DNA of 63,216 nucleotides, filler included, from Octopus bimaculoides (GCF_001194135.2; 7 parts of 6 records of this genome joined end to end with filler, not necessarily neighbours in it); one strand, 5' to 3'; numbered from the whole stretch's first letter, positions 12,405 to 30,116 are shown. Numbers and translations are program-made. The notes: generated by a model not told the origin, from the sequence alone.

Positions 12405-12840
12405 TCTAGATAACCCAGAAAATTTACATAGACATTGGTCATAGCACCAACTACTTTCTAATTACTTGTAGAGCACTTTCAGGGAATAAAAGTCTCAATT
12501 AGACACAAAATTGGTGAGTTTTTACCACTTTACAGACATGTGCATGTGGGTGTGTGTATCAAGAGCGAGAATAAATATATGCATATCCACATATATGTGT
12601 GTGTATGTGTGTGTGTGTGCGTCTAGATAACCCAGAAAATTTACATAGACATCGGTCATAGCACCAACTACTTTCTAATTACTTGTAGAGCACTTTCAGG
12701 GAATAAAAGTCTCAATTAGACACAAAATTGGTGAGTTTTTACCACTTTACAGACATGTGCATGTGGGTGTGTGTATCAAGAGCGAGAATAAATATATGCA
12801 TATCCACATATATGTGTGTGTATGTGTGTGTGTGTGCGTC
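12405..12840. repeat. Near-identical ~217-bp tandem duplication
   Basis: TCTAGATAACCCAGAAAATTTACATAGACAT... starts at 12405 and again at 12622. I noticed one substitution (ATTGG vs ATCGG). Confidence 0.9.
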
Positions 12841-12852
12841 TGTGTGTATGTG

Positions 12853-12884
<32 letters not shown>

Positions 12885-13220
12885 AACAGACACATACACA
12901 CACGCATATATGTATTCAAATATAGATATGTATATACATACATACACACAGACACACACAGAGACACACATATACATATATATTAATATATATATATATN
13001 NNNNNNNNNNNNNNNNNNNNNNNNNNNNNNNNNNNNNNNNNNNNNNNNNNNNNNNNNNNNNNNNNNNNNNNNNNNNNNNNNNNNNNNNNNNNNNNNNNNN
13101 NNNNNNNNNNNNNNNNNNNNNNNNNNNNNNNNNNNNNNNNNNNNNNNNNNNNNNNNNNNNNNNNNNNNNNNNNNNNNNNNNNNNNNNNNNNNNNNNNNNN
13201 NNNNNNNNNNNNNNNNNNNN

Positions 13221-13267
<47 letters not shown>

Positions 13268-14682
13268 CATATGTGTGTATGTGTGTATACATGCATGTTT
13301 GTGCATATATAAAAATAGAAATTTACATCCATATTTTATATATTTATGTATGTAGTTATATCACAGACAAAAAGAATAGCAGAGAGGAGATGAAATAACA
13401 AAAGAAAACAAGATATTTTCGCTTGAGAACAACCCCCCAAAGAGATATTAGTGTTGATTGTAGCAGCTAAGCAGCTTGTAGTTTAAGGAAGCTTGTTATA
13501 TGCACACTTTCATGCATCAGTACACAGATCGCTGCATATACATGAGCACATCTGCTGAAAGTTGATGCAAAGTTAATTGAATAGAGAGAGGGACCTTGAG
13601 ATATCTGTGCGCTGTAGAGAAGGATACGGTGTGAAATTTTTCGCACGTAAAGAAAACTAGAGAAATGTGTATATTTGCGTTTATGAAGATGCATGTAGAT
13701 GTAAATATGTATAGATATACGTATATGTTTGCGTTGTAAATGCATATAGTTAGATAGATAGATAGATAGAGATTTATATATATATATATATANNNNNNNN
13801 NNNNNNNNNNNNNNNNNNNNNNNNNNNNNNNNNNNNNNNNNNNNNNNNNNNNNNNNNNNNNNNNNNNNNNNNNNNNNNNNNNNNNNNNNNNNNNNNNNNN
13901 NNNNNNNNNNNNNNNNNNNNNNNNNNNNNNNNNNNNNNNNNNNNNNNNNNNNNNNNNNNNNNNNNNNNNNNNNNNNNNNNNNNNNNNNNNNNNNNNNNNN
14001 NNNNNNNNNNNNNNNNNNNNNNNNNNNNNNNNNNNNNNNNNNNNNNNNNNNNNNNNNNNNNNNNNNNNNNNNNNNNNNNNNNNNNNNNNNNNNNNNNNNN
14101 NNNNNNNNNNNNNNNNNNNNNNNNNNNNNNNNNNNNNNNNNNNNNNNNNNNNNNNNNNNNNNNNNNNNNNNNNNNNNNNNNNNNNNNNNNNNNNNNNNNN
14201 NNNNNNNNNNNNNNNNNNNNNNNNNNNNNNNNNNNNNNNNNNNNNNNNNNNNNNNNNNNNNNNNNNNNNNNNNNNNNNNNNNNNNNNNNNNNNNNNNNNN
14301 NNNNNNNNNNNNNNNNNNNNNNNNNNNNNNNNNNNNNNNNNNNNNNNNNNNNNNNNNNNNNNNNNNNNNNNNNNNNNNNNNNNNNNNNNNNNNNNNNNNN
14401 NNNNNNNNNNNNNNNNNNNNNNNNNNNNNNNNNNNNNNNNNNNNNNNNNNNNNNNNNNNNNNNNNNNNNNNNNNNNNNNNNNNNNNNNNNNNNNNNNNNN
14501 NNNNNNNNNNNNNNNNNNNNNNNNNNNNNNNNNNNNNNNNNNNNNNNNNNNNNNNNNNNNNNNNNNNNNNNNNNNNNNNNNNNNNNNNNNNNNNNNNNNN
14601 NNNNNNNNNNNNNNNNNNNNNNNNNNNNNNNNNNNNNNNNNNNNNNNNNNNNNNNNNNNNNNNNNNNNNNNNNNNNNNNNNN

Positions 14683-14740
<58 letters not shown>

Positions 14741-15403
14741 CATCAAACAAATCAGTGACGCACGGCGAATTCAAGAGCCAAAAGCAACAAATTTCAAATG
14801 GATGCACACAGTGGATATCTTAGTCTGGCGCTCGGTGAAAGTTTTAGATGCGAAAGTAACAGTGAACATACGGCGTCTCGATCATGGTTGTTCGTCGGAC
14901 AATGGGAGAAAGTCCAGAGAAGAGGGAAAAGGATGGACAAGAGAAAAGCATGTGGGTAGATACGGGGTCAAAAGATATTTGACCGGAAGCCAGAGACAGA
15001 AAAATTGAGGTTTTCGAAGCACAAGAGTGCATAAATGGTCTTTGTGTTCCTCTGCGTGTGTGTGTGTATTTGTGTGTGTGTGAGCACTGAGTGAGCGTGT
15101 GTGTGTGTGTGTGTGTGTGGTACGTATGTGTGTATCGTATATGTAAATATATGTTATTTGTATGTGTGTGCGTGTAAGGGTTGTGAGTAGCGTGTTTGTG
15201 TGTTAAGGAGCGCTAACCTCGGATGGTAGAGGGTGTGTGTGCGTGTGATTATGTTCGAGTGAGTGTATATATATATATATACACATACATATGCCTATAC
15301 ATGTGTGTGTGTGTGAGTATGGGTGCGCGTGTATGCATCTATATGTTTATATCATATATCATATGTATATGCGTTTGTGTAATATATATATATACACATA
15401 TAC

Positions 15404-15503
<100 letters not shown>

Positions 15504-16068
15504 TACGCACACAATTATTAATGTATATGCATAGATACAGATAGACTTGCACACATAGCACTCGTAGATACATAACACAGTCAGTATAGAGTATATAAAA
15601 ATAATAATATAATTGCTACCTAATATCTTTTAGTGTTAGGCCAAGATTTTGTGTGAGGGCGAGGAGTGTGATACGAGTACATTTGTTACTCTAGATTACC
15701 ATGAAATAATAAAAGAGAGCCATCAGCAATGTTAGTCTAATATTACTTTTGGAATCCAAGTTGCAAAAATTCTTAAACAATCCGCTGGGAAATATTGATT
15801 GTGTATTTTGTATAGATTTACAATTTCATAACTTTCTGAATTTTGACAAGCTTTATATACATGCATGTATGTATACACATATATGCACACAAGCATACAT
15901 ATATATTAGCATACACACACACAGATATTGTTATATATGCCTATGCAAAAATATTCACATTGTTTATTTAAGTTAATGATAACATTCATAATTATATATG
16001 TACATAGACATACATATATATCTATGTATGCAAATTTATGTTTATGTGTGTGTGTATGTGTGTGTGTT

Positions 16069-16126
<58 letters not shown>

Positions 16127-16504
16127 CATAATTTGGGATTAGAAGCAGCTCTAATACTGTAAACATTACGGATGTCACATACACAATGTATTTTGTTTAT
16201 ACGCTTATTGTTTGCGGAATTTCGTCCGGGGGAAAAGTCTTTTAAGAGGCCGAGTGTTAAAAAACACTATATGTATCTCATGACTAGGCGAAACGAATCG
16301 CCCCTTAGGTGAACCAGAACGGTGGATATCGAGATTGCCCTGTTATTTCAGCCCTCCGGCGCTGTATAACCGAGTCAGGTCGAAGCGAATTAGAATCGTT
16401 GGTCTGGGCTATATATACAGATATCGTAAAATCTATTTACTGATGTACAACAGCGCCGCACAAGTAAAACAAAATTCAATTTGGGGATAGAAGCACACAC
16501 ACAG

Positions 16505-16543
<39 letters not shown>

Positions 16544-16864
16544 TAAACACACACATATGCGTGTTTGTGTGTATGTGTATGTGTACTTCACATTTCTTCA
16601 TATATTCATCCATTTTCCCTCATGTATACATAAGTATGTATGTGTATGTATATATATGTATATATATGTATGTGAATGTGTGTGTGTATGCATAAATATA
16701 AATACATGCATACATACAAATATGTATATATATATATATATGTATATGTATGCATAAATATATAAGTATATATATATACACACATGTTTTATACGTTTAC
16801 ATTTATATTATGGATTATATTTATATATATATATACACATACATGCGCGTGTGTGTTTATGTGC

Positions 16865-16978
<114 letters not shown>

Positions 16979-17315
16979 TCACAATTTTTCGTATATTCAT
17001 CCATTTTCCCTCATGTCTTAGAGGTTTCCTCCCCTCTTATTGATAAAGTTGTTTACTGTTGTGTTTGTATAGTACGTATATAATTGCATTTTGTATAACT
17101 GTATTCCACCTATGAGTATGCATAGGCCACGTTGTGAACAAACGATTGTACATATATCCAACTAAAGGAGACATTATTAATAAAAGCCTAACATATATTT
17201 TTAATAGAGTTCAAATTCCCGTTCCATAGGGATTGTCTTCGACATAACATTAACCTAACTTCACAAAAACATTATGCCGAGAGAATGTTCACTATATTTA
17301 TATATATATATATAT

Positions 17316-17616
17316 AGGAGTGGCTGTGTGGTAAGTAGCTTGCTTACCAACCACATAGCTCCGGGTTCAGTCCCACTGCGTGGCACCTTGGGCAAATGTC
17401 TTCTACTATAGCCTCGGGCAGACCAAAGCCTTGTGAGTGGATTTGGTAGACGGAAACTGAAAGAAGCCTGTCGTGTGTGTGGTGTGTGTGGGGGGGAGGG
17501 GGTGTCCCTCCCACCATCACTTGACAATCGACGTTGTAATGTTTACGTCCCCGTAACCTAGCGGTTCGGTAAAAGAGCCCGATAGAATAAGTGCTAGGCT
17601 TACAAGGAATAAGTCC
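17316..17616 (+). mobile_element. tRNA-derived SINE family A (3'-truncated)
   Basis: GGAGTGGCTGTGTGGTAAG...GGGTTCAGTCCCACTGCGTGGCACCTTGGGCAA...GTAGACGGAAACTGAAAGAAGCC...GATAGAATAAGT; at least 8 related copies occur in the window. Confidence 0.9.
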
Positions 17617-18706
17617 AAGTAAAACCAAATTTAAAATTTAAAAAAACATGCACTTCAGACTAGACCTGGCGAAAAATTATGGCAAAATATCCTTATAATG
17701 CTAATCACCAAATACTACGCAACCAACAGAAAATTCTGAAATCCCTTTAATAGAAACAACAAAAAAGTTATCCACAGCTGCACAAGAAGCCAAGCTATAA
17801 ATAATTATTTATCTAGAAATGCACATAAAAGTATGGATGTAGCTCTAAAAGATCAAAGCTATGATCTTTAATTAGTAACTACCCATGAAGATGCAATCTA
17901 TAAGACAACATTACTGCAAGAGGATCAGAACGTAAACAAAACTTCGTCGGAAGAACAGGCGGCAGGTGAAGAGCGAAATACATTCAACGTTTTCACACGT
18001 TTAACAAAACTTCACAGAATGAACGCAGCGTCTCGGCCAAACACGTTTGAGAAATAAGGGAGACGAAAACAAGTAAAGATAAAACATATATTTTTCTTCT
18101 AGTTTCAGCTCAGAGCTGCGGCCATGTTGATGTACCAGAATATATTCAATTGTCAAAAAGGTTCAAAGTACAGACAAGGTAAATATGTGATACAAAGGCG
18201 GTGGAAAATAGCACAACAACAATGCCACTAGCAAGAGAAGAGCAAAATAAAATTATAAACAAATTAGACAAAAGAAAGAAAAACTAGAGACATTAAATAC
18301 AAAAGGCATCCGCCTTATTCCCACAATATTTAAAGATATCTTTAGCAATTTCACAGATAAAATAACAATTTATGAAGTAGATAGAGTGACAATTTTAACG
18401 AAACAAGAAATGAATGTGATAATCAACAAGCAGATGCAGGGAAGCTACTGAACCGGCAAATAAGAAATGATAAACAAGGAAACAAATATAGCAGAACAGG
18501 ACAAGACTTGGTAAAAATAGGATAAAATTACGCAATCAAGAACTGGAGAGAGAACAAGTACTGAATTGGCCGATGAAAAATGATATACATTAAACCATTT
18601 AAGAAAAGAAAAACAGAATTCCGCCTAATATACATGACACCAACTCGAAATAATGCAAGGAAACAGAAATATTAGCCTCCTTTTTCTAGCATTTGAGCGT
18701 ATGTGT

Positions 18707-18753
<47 letters not shown>

Positions 18754-18776
18754 GCACACATACATATATACATATA

Positions 18777-19165
18777 TACGTGGTCTGATCAATAGGTATC
18801 CAAACTGTTGCCATAGTAACAAAGCTAAAACACGCAGAGTGAAGCCGCTTTGCACAGATTGACCTTGAACTATGCTGTGCATGCGCACTAGCTTTTAGCG
18901 TTCTATAGCTCACTTCTGCTATTTACAGCAGTGCTTGGAAGGAAGGTGTGTAGTGTGTGATCGTTGCATTGACCATGACAGAGAAAGTTGAGCAGAGAAT
19001 ATTCATCGAATTTTGCCAAAAGCTTGGTGATACCTGCTCAGAGGCCTACGCTAAGTTTTCAGTCTTTATCGTTCTCAACACAATCAAAGAGATCTTCTAC
19101 AACTGAAACCCGAGTGTCTTTTTGGTCAACTGAAAGCAGTTTTGGCACAAACTTGGCGGACACGC

Positions 19166-19166
<1 letters not shown>
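18777..19166 (+). mobile_element. Rearranged mariner relic: 5' TIR and transposase N-terminus joined to an inverted internal transposase segment
   Basis: TA-CGTGGTCTGATCAATAGG TIR-like start. ATG at 18975 gives MTEKVEQRIFIEFCQKLGDTCSEAYAK (mariner HTH). Then 19053-19166 on (-) reads RVSAKFVPKLLSVDQKDTRVSVVEDLFDCVEND. Confidence 0.85.
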
Positions 19167-19209
<43 letters not shown>

Positions 19210-20144
19210 TAAATTTATTTAACTACATGACTTTCATATGATTACAACCGTTTCGCAGCCTTTTTCATTTAGTATTAATTTGAGTATGCAAGAAATTATA
19301 CATACATGTTTACATCAATATGTCTGCTCAGCATTATACAATGCAATTTTATATTCACAAGTTAATGCAAGTAAAAGAAACTAGGTCATTAGATCACCAG
19401 TATATCATGGTTACAGAAACTACGGTCTTATGACTGAAACAAGTAAAGCATAAATGATGTCTGTGGAACACTCAGCCACCTACACGCTCATCCAATGAGC
19501 AATTCAGTTGATCGAACAACCGAATACTCATCGTGGAAACCGACAGAGATCCATTTATGTTTACTTAATATCTGTCACTGTATGCAATTGATAGTGTTTG
19601 TTTTATGGAAGAACTAGGGTGTGGTTAATCTTAGTAAGGAGATAATGAGAAGCACCCTTGACTTTTCTTCATTACCTCTGAGATTAATGCGTGAAAAAAA
19701 GGAAGAAATTCATGGTTTGCTGCTGCAGGAAAATAGTTGATGAAAAATACTGATACATCCTAGGATGGAAGACCTGGGTCTGAGTTTTTTTTTCATCTGA
19801 GTGGAAACTAAAGAAAGTTGTTTTTCAGTGACGAGATTCAAGAGCGATTAGCACGTTCACGTTCGAATATACCGGAACGTATTAAGACTGAATATGTATG
19901 TCACCGTTCTGATTCTCATAGCTTACCGGTCACCGTTCGACGATTTATTGTCGGTTGGCAAACATCAGTAAGCCTCAACGAATAGTTTGTCTGCTGGATT
20001 TAGAAACAAAAGGCACAAACTCTTGTTGGATTCGTTAGTCTGAAGTAGCTTTGGCTGAAGAGACACAATAATGTAGAAAGAAAGAAAGAAAGAAAGAAAG
20101 AGGAGGATAGTAAAATGTAGGCAGAGCACAAACAATAGTAATAA

Positions 20145-20337
20145 TGGTTTCAAATTTTGGCACAAGGCCAGCAATTTCAGTAGGGAGGAGGTAAGTCGAT
20201 TACATCGACCTGGTACTTATTTTATCAACCCCCGAAATGAGGAAAAGTAAAGTCTTCCCCGGCAGCATTTGAACTCACAACGTAAAACCAGAAGAAATGT
20301 CGCTAAGGGTGCAATCGACTCTGCCAGTTTTCCGCCT
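20145..20337 (-). mobile_element. SINE family B, diverged copy
   Basis: Similar to 7722-7950 (CAAATTTTGGCACAAGGCCAG...CTGGTACTTATTTTATCAACCCC...TTTGAACTC). Confidence 0.8.
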
Positions 20338-20699
20338 GACAAACAGCATTAAAAGTAAAGACAGAATGAAGATAAGGTTCGGAACCGAATCAATGGTTTT
20401 GCTAACGACGTTAGCGATAGGTTGAGAAGGGTGCAAATAAGGAATGGGCAGCTGCTGGCTAAAGGTCTATGGGTGGGAGGGAATAGGTAAAGGAAGGGGA
20501 CACACGCAATAAATCTCAATTAGATGGTTCTTGGGAAAACCGGAACATTTCCAAGTGACTTTTGGTCCCGACAAGCTAAGATAGAAAAGATAACGAGTTC
20601 AAAGGGAAGGTTGGGCCATGAAGAAATTTAAAAGTAAATCACAAAATAAATGGAAGGATAAAAATGAAATAGATATATAAAATGATAATGTTGGAACCC

Positions 20700-20826
20700 G
20701 AACGACGGGCTTCTTTCAGTTTTCGTCAACCTAATCAACTGACAAGGCTGTAATCGGCCCGAGGACATAGTAGAGATTGAAGCCAGAGCCATATGGTTGG
20801 GAAGAAAACCTCTTACCACACAGCCA
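20700..20826 (-). mobile_element. SINE family A 5' fragment
   Basis: ACGACGGGCTTCTTTCAGTTT...CTTACCACACAGCCA is the reverse complement of the family A head. Confidence 0.75.
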
Positions 20827-20967
20827 AATCTGCACCTTTTTTGTCAAATCGAATCTGAGATTGATAAACATTAGCAATATTGAAGCTGATTCTAATGGTG
20901 TCATGGTGATATTTAAATTTCTTCAAGATGCTCGTCGTTTATCAATTCTTTACGAAATTAATCCCAG

Positions 20968-21023
<56 letters not shown>

Positions 21024-21085
21024 ACATACATACACACACATACATGCAAGCACAGATATATATAACATACATAACGAGTGTCTTC

Positions 21086-21185
21086 NNNNNNNNNNNNNNN
21101 NNNNNNNNNNNNNNNNNNNNNNNNNNNNNTTAATTAATTAANNNNNNNNNNNNNNNNNNNNNNNNNNNNNNNNNNNNNNNNNNNN
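21086..21185. other. Artificial 100-bp scaffold spacer 44N-TTAATTAATTAA-44N (core also at 25820, 42604, 51378, 55280, 56450)
   Basis: The identical 12-mer, which has stops in all six frames, is centred in N runs six times. Confidence 0.95.
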
Positions 21186-24785
<3,600 letters not shown>

Positions 24786-24786
<1 letters not shown>

Positions 24787-25180
24787 GAAAAGAGGAAAGA
24801 AAGCATCCTACAGAGGATTGCGATTACCATCAGGAGAGACCACGGTTGAACCCGACGGTGGTGGGTATAGATATTTAGGGATTTGGGGGCTGGCTGACAT
24901 TCTACACAGAGAAATGAAAGTCAAGGTCAGCGAGGCATATCAAAAAAGGGTGAAGATGGTGTTGAAATCCAGCCTGAATGCCAAAAATTTGAATATCGCA
25001 ATAAATATCTGGGCAGTCAGATATAGTGCGTCCATTCTCAAATGGAGTAAGGAGGATATATCGACAGTGGATAGAAGGACGAGAAAGTTGACGATGCTGC
25101 ATGGGGCGCTACACCCTGAAACAGACGTAAACAAACTGTATATGAAAAGAAGGAATGGTGGTAGAGGACTAATCTTGGAT
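24786..25180 (+). mobile_element. Dong/R4-like LINE, RT C-terminal/thumb fragment
   Basis: GLRLPSGE...GYRYLGI...YQKRVKMVLKSSLNAKNLNIAINIWAV...DRRTRKL...HGALHPETDVNKLYMKRRNGGRGLI carries the YxYLG and HP..D...LY..R..GGRGL motifs; it abuts (AAT)n. Confidence 0.85.
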
Positions 25181-25875
25181 TTCAGTTTCTCACAGGCTGA
25201 GGTCAATTCTGCTTTTCGTATTTTTCTGGAAGTGGAGGTCGATAAAATAAAGTACTAGTTAAATATGAATATCAATGTAAACGATTTCACTGTCCCCTGA
25301 AAATTACAGACCTTGTAGCAAACTGAGATTAAACTATTATTGTCGTAATCAATGTATTGGCTATTGTTGTACTTTTTCTCTTGTTTTTTCTCCGAGTTCA
25401 ATCCTACAAGTCTCCACCGCTTTCCTTTTGTGATTTGGTTCAACCCTCCTTTCTTTAGTTCATTCGTTCCCTTGACGTTTCCTCATTCTCTTTAATGTTG
25501 CCATTTTCTATCTGTTTACATGTGTGTGGCTGTGTGCTTGTGCATGAGGAAGTGAGGAACAATGTGTGTGTATGCGTCTGTGTGTGTGACTGTGTCTCTG
25601 TGTGTGTGTGTGTGTTTATGTTTTTGTGGATGTCCATTTTTGTCCTTGGAGAGTAATTGGAAATATGTGAATACACACTCATGCATGTTGTTGGTTTCGG
25701 TATATGCTTACATTTTGTATGCATGCATGCGTATACGCAAATGTGTATATGAGGTATGGAATATATATATATATANNNNNNNNNNNNNNNNNNNNNNNNN
25801 NNNNNNNNNNNNNNNNNNNTTAATTAATTAANNNNNNNNNNNNNNNNNNNNNNNNNNNNNNNNNNNNNNNNNNNN

Positions 25876-25908
<33 letters not shown>

Positions 25909-25984
25909 GATACACATACTATCTGCGGTGAATATGAGTTCATACATACATAAACTTGAAGGAACATGCTTATATATATTTGCA

Positions 25985-27560
25985 TACATACAACATCAGT
26001 ATCTGTTTTGTTATGCTTAGACAGACAGAATTTCTCCCCATATAGCATGTCACTAATCAACACAATCTTTTGTCATTTCTGAGAGATGCAATGAGTTTAG
26101 ATCTGTCTTCACCATTTTTTCCCTGTTCTTCCATAGTATCCTTCATCTGCAGGTTCTATTCACTTTGAAAGCATGGAACTTCTTTATACAGCTATGCTCT
26201 TCAATATGCCACACATGCCTATACAATGCAGTCTTCTCTTACACATTACATCATATACCCCTTATGTTTCCTCTCAGCTCACTTGTGCTCCTTGGTTACG
26301 CACTCTAGTGTTACACATTCAGCAGAGCATGTTTGCTTTATGTTCTTGATCTTCACAAATCCTCTGCTTTCACAGTCAACATCCTCCTATCACATAGCAT
26401 TGCACTTCATACACATGCACTGTACAATCTGTCACCATTCATCTATAAGAAGAAGATCCTCTTTGCTAGCAGAAGTAACAACACCCTGAATTTTTTTAGG
26501 CCAATTCTTTGGATGTTATAGTCTTTGAATACCCTTTGCTAATTAGGTTACTTAGCTTGCAGAAACTACAAACTACTTTTTGGAAGGTTTTCAAGTATCT
26601 GATAGTATCTATTTCCCATGTGCACTTAGTGTTTATTATCACCATGCATCTGCATGGTAAAGCATACCATCTCTGTTAGCCTACATTTGATGCTACTGCA
26701 CCACCTGTATTTTCATAATTTACACAGAGAGCACCAGATGGATATTCTACCCATTTCTTTCATAAGGAGACATAAACACACCTTTTCCCTGAAGTTAGCA
26801 GGGTCCTATTTTCTCTCCTACTTTCTGATACTTAAGTTTTTTGCCAGGTTATCTTTGAGGCTTCTCAATTCAGGTTTTACTTCTGCATTTAGAGTTTCCT
26901 CTCTACATCCTCAACTGAATCTGATAAAATTAGACCAGTATAGAGGAGCTCCTAAATTCTGCTGGTCTTAAACTAGTCTGTTATAGCTGACTGAATTGGA
27001 GAAAACTTGCACTTTAAATTCATAGCTGAACACATTGCTAACTCTCTCCCTGCTTCTACAGCCCTCACAAGCCACACATCTAAACCTAATCTCCTCAGCA
27101 TCAATCAGCTCACAGATGCCTTCTCTAGGTCAACAAATGCCAGGCATGGTAGTTTACTCCATGCTAAGTACTTCCCCTGCAGTTGCTTATTAAGAAGATG
27201 GCATCAGTAGTAACTATACAAATTCTCATCTTAATTACTTGTGCAATTATCCTTTCTCTAATTTCATAACCTGGTCAATAGTTCCATACCTCTATAAACC
27301 AATTCTTTCCAAAGCATCATTTTCAAACTTGTATCACTTGACAAAGATGCTTCTATGCCAGTCATTAAATATGTTACTTTTCTGAACCAGCTGATTGACT
27401 ATGGATGTGATCATCCTATGCCAAACACTTCTAGATATTTTAAGCATCACAGGGAGTGATTCATGATGGCCCAGTTGTTTTCCATGTTTACAAATCTAAT
27501 TAAGGTATCTACTATATTTCTGTCAACCTGAATGGCTGGTCCCTCTGTAATGGATACTTG
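25985..27560 (-). mobile_element. Degenerate RTE-clade LINE reverse transcriptase region
   Basis: Minus strand reads TTDAIFLI/QLQGKYL...LAFVDLEKA (27118-27215), KKFRVLLLLL and GDRLYSACV, with many stops and frameshifts. Confidence 0.85.
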
Positions 27561-28102
27561 CAGTAGACCTTAGTTCTCTCATGTATACTCCATAATAGCA
27601 CTTTAACCCCAATTACTTTTTAGCACCAGTGAGAGTAAGAAGATACAATAATTCTAATAGACACTGATATTAAATGATGATGATCATCATCATCATGATC
27701 ATCATTTAATATTCACAAAACAAAGATATGAGTTACTAATAGTTTCTTGTTTTGGAGACATGGATCTAGGCACGTTTTTATAACATGCTTTGTATCTCCA
27801 AGCAACCTTCATGAGTCATGACACCAGCAAAATAGATGTAGCTTGTTTGTTCACCTCATCTCAGAGCTAGAAGTGCCTCATGATTTCTCTTGTACATGCA
27901 TCTTCATTTGCATAGACCATGTGCTCAGAACTTCAAAATTGCTTGGAGACACAAGGCATGTGGTAAAAACTTGCCTAGACCTATGTCTCCAAAGCAAGAA
28001 ACTATTAGTAGCTTGTACCTTTATTCTGTCTGCATTAATGATATTTATCTCTCACTGGATGGAATATGTTTTTTGCTGATCTTACCTTAACAGAACAGTA
28101 AA

Positions 28103-28159
<57 letters not shown>

Positions 28160-28330
28160 ACTCCGTTGGTTACAGCAATAAGGGTTCCAGTTGATCCAAT
28201 CAATGGAACTGCCTACTCGTAAAATTAACATGCAAGTGGCTGACCACTCTACAGACACACATGCCGTTAATGTAGTTCTCAGAGAGATTCAGCATGACAC
28301 AGAATATGACAAGGCTGGCCCTTTGAAATA
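28160..28330 (-). mobile_element. SINE family C 3' half
   Basis: Matches 5481-5640 (GTTCCAGTTGATC...AATTAACATGCAAGTGGCTGA...GAGATTCAGC). Confidence 0.8.
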
Positions 28331-28524
28331 TATCAAATCTTGCGTTGGATATATGGTATTGTTCCTGTGGTCTTCCACCCTTATGTATCCAGTCTTACTA
28401 TATGTGAATTCTAGCTCATGCTAAACACTTCAACTCTAGCCCGTTTTTATGTATTGTTATATTAACAATATATAATTATACAATATATATATATATATAT
28501 ATATATAGATATAGATATATAGAT

Positions 28525-28732
28525 ATATGTATGTGTGTGTATATGTTTGTGTGTCTGTGTTTGTCCCCTCAACATCGCTTGTCAACCAATGCTGGTGTGT
28601 TTACGTCCCTGTAACTTAGTGGTTCAGCAAAAGACTGATAGAATAAGTCCTAGGCTTACAAAGAATGAGTCCTGAGGTTGATTTGCTTGACTAAAGGTGG
28701 TGCAAATGACTGAAACAAGTAAAAAAGTAAAA
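28525..28732 (+). mobile_element. SINE family A 3' half
   Basis: TGTTTGTCCCCTCAACATCGCTTG...GATAGAATAAG...ATGACTGAAACAAGTAAAA. Confidence 0.8.
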
Positions 28733-28999
28733 TAGTATACTGCTAAAAAAAAAAAAACTATAGTCATGTAAAAACCTTTGCACATTTCAATTTAGTCCAA
28801 TATACAAATTACAAATTCAAAAAATTGGAATAAATCCATTGATGAGAATAAGATAGCATTTTGAATAATATTGAGTAGAATATCATCAGGGCTTGAGTAT
28901 ATTTGTAAAAGAGTTACATGTTTCCAGATGGGATTTTATCAATCTTATGTATGTATGTATGTATATAAATCTATCTATACATATATATGTGTGTGCATA

Positions 29000-29905
29000 T
29001 TGCCTCCAAGAGGTAAGGTGGTGAGGAGCTTCAGCCAGGTTCCTCACAGGCAAGACACATAGGTATAAAATCTTCTGGGAAGGTAACAATGACAGGGTAG
29101 GTGGTGTGAGCATACCTCTTGCCGAGAAATGGGTGGTCTTACAGAATAGTAAATCAACAATTATCTCTGCTTATGACGCACAAGTGGGTCTACTGAATGG
29201 ACAGAAGGACCAATTTTATGATATCCTCCTGCAGGTTACATCAAAGGCAAGTGACAGTGATCTCATCTTCATGGCTGGGGGATTTCAATGGGCTTGTTGG
29301 ACAAGGCTACCAGAGTTCTGTGATGCAAATAACCTATTGATCTGCAACACCAACTTCAGGAAGCCTGCTTGCCACATGATAACCTACTAATCAGGTGACT
29401 GTGCTAGCCAGATTGATTATATTCTCACCAGACAGCAGGATGCATGGTTGCCCTTAAATACAAAATCTTTCCCAAGTATAGAATGTAATGCCCAGTATAA
29501 ACTAGTCATTAATGACTTTAGACTCCAGACCAGAAGGATGCCAAGAAGCAGACCAATCTGGAAAAGAAGGATTTGGAAGCTTAAGGACCCTTCATATGGT
29601 CAGAGATTTAGGGACATCCTAATTGAGAAATTTGATGAGAGGCAGGAGGAACTACAGACCTGTGACATAGAGGGCAGCTAGTAATTCTTGTGGATAGCTT
29701 ACTGAGTGCCACGGACCAAATCTGCAGTTGATGCAAAATCCCATCCAGACCTAGGCTGACATGGTGGTGGAATGATGCTGTAGACAGGGCCATTAGAGCA
29801 AAGAAATAGGTCTGCAAGGCCTGGAAGAGTTGGGGTAGCAGGGAACTGTATCATATATGATGCTGTATTTCTGGTAAGGCAGCTGCAGGAGAAATACATA
29901 ACCAG
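29000..29905 (+). mobile_element. Degenerate RTE-clade LINE APE endonuclease region with internal deletions
   Basis: LQEVRW, IISAYDAQVGL...QKDQFYD...FMAG(D)FNG, FCDANNLLICNTNFRK, QIDYILTR and TWWWNDAVDRAI, then a jump to MLFLVRQLQEKY. Confidence 0.85.
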
Positions 29906-30116
29906 AGATATATGTATGCATATGAATATATATCTATCTCTATATATTACTTTTATATATTTTTCTTATAATCTGGGTAAAAAAAACCTTATAATGTGCT
30001 TTCCAAAGCTCCTGTTCGAGCATCAGCTACCATATGCTGTCATACAGCAGTATTTTATCTGTCACTGGATATATATATGTAGAAATCCACAAATATTTAT
30101 AGAGTACAAACAAAAG

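Noticed and set aside
21130-21141. Recurrent TTAATTAATTAA motif (six copies)
   Set aside because: It is always centred between 44-N runs, so it is an assembly spacer and not a regulatory element.
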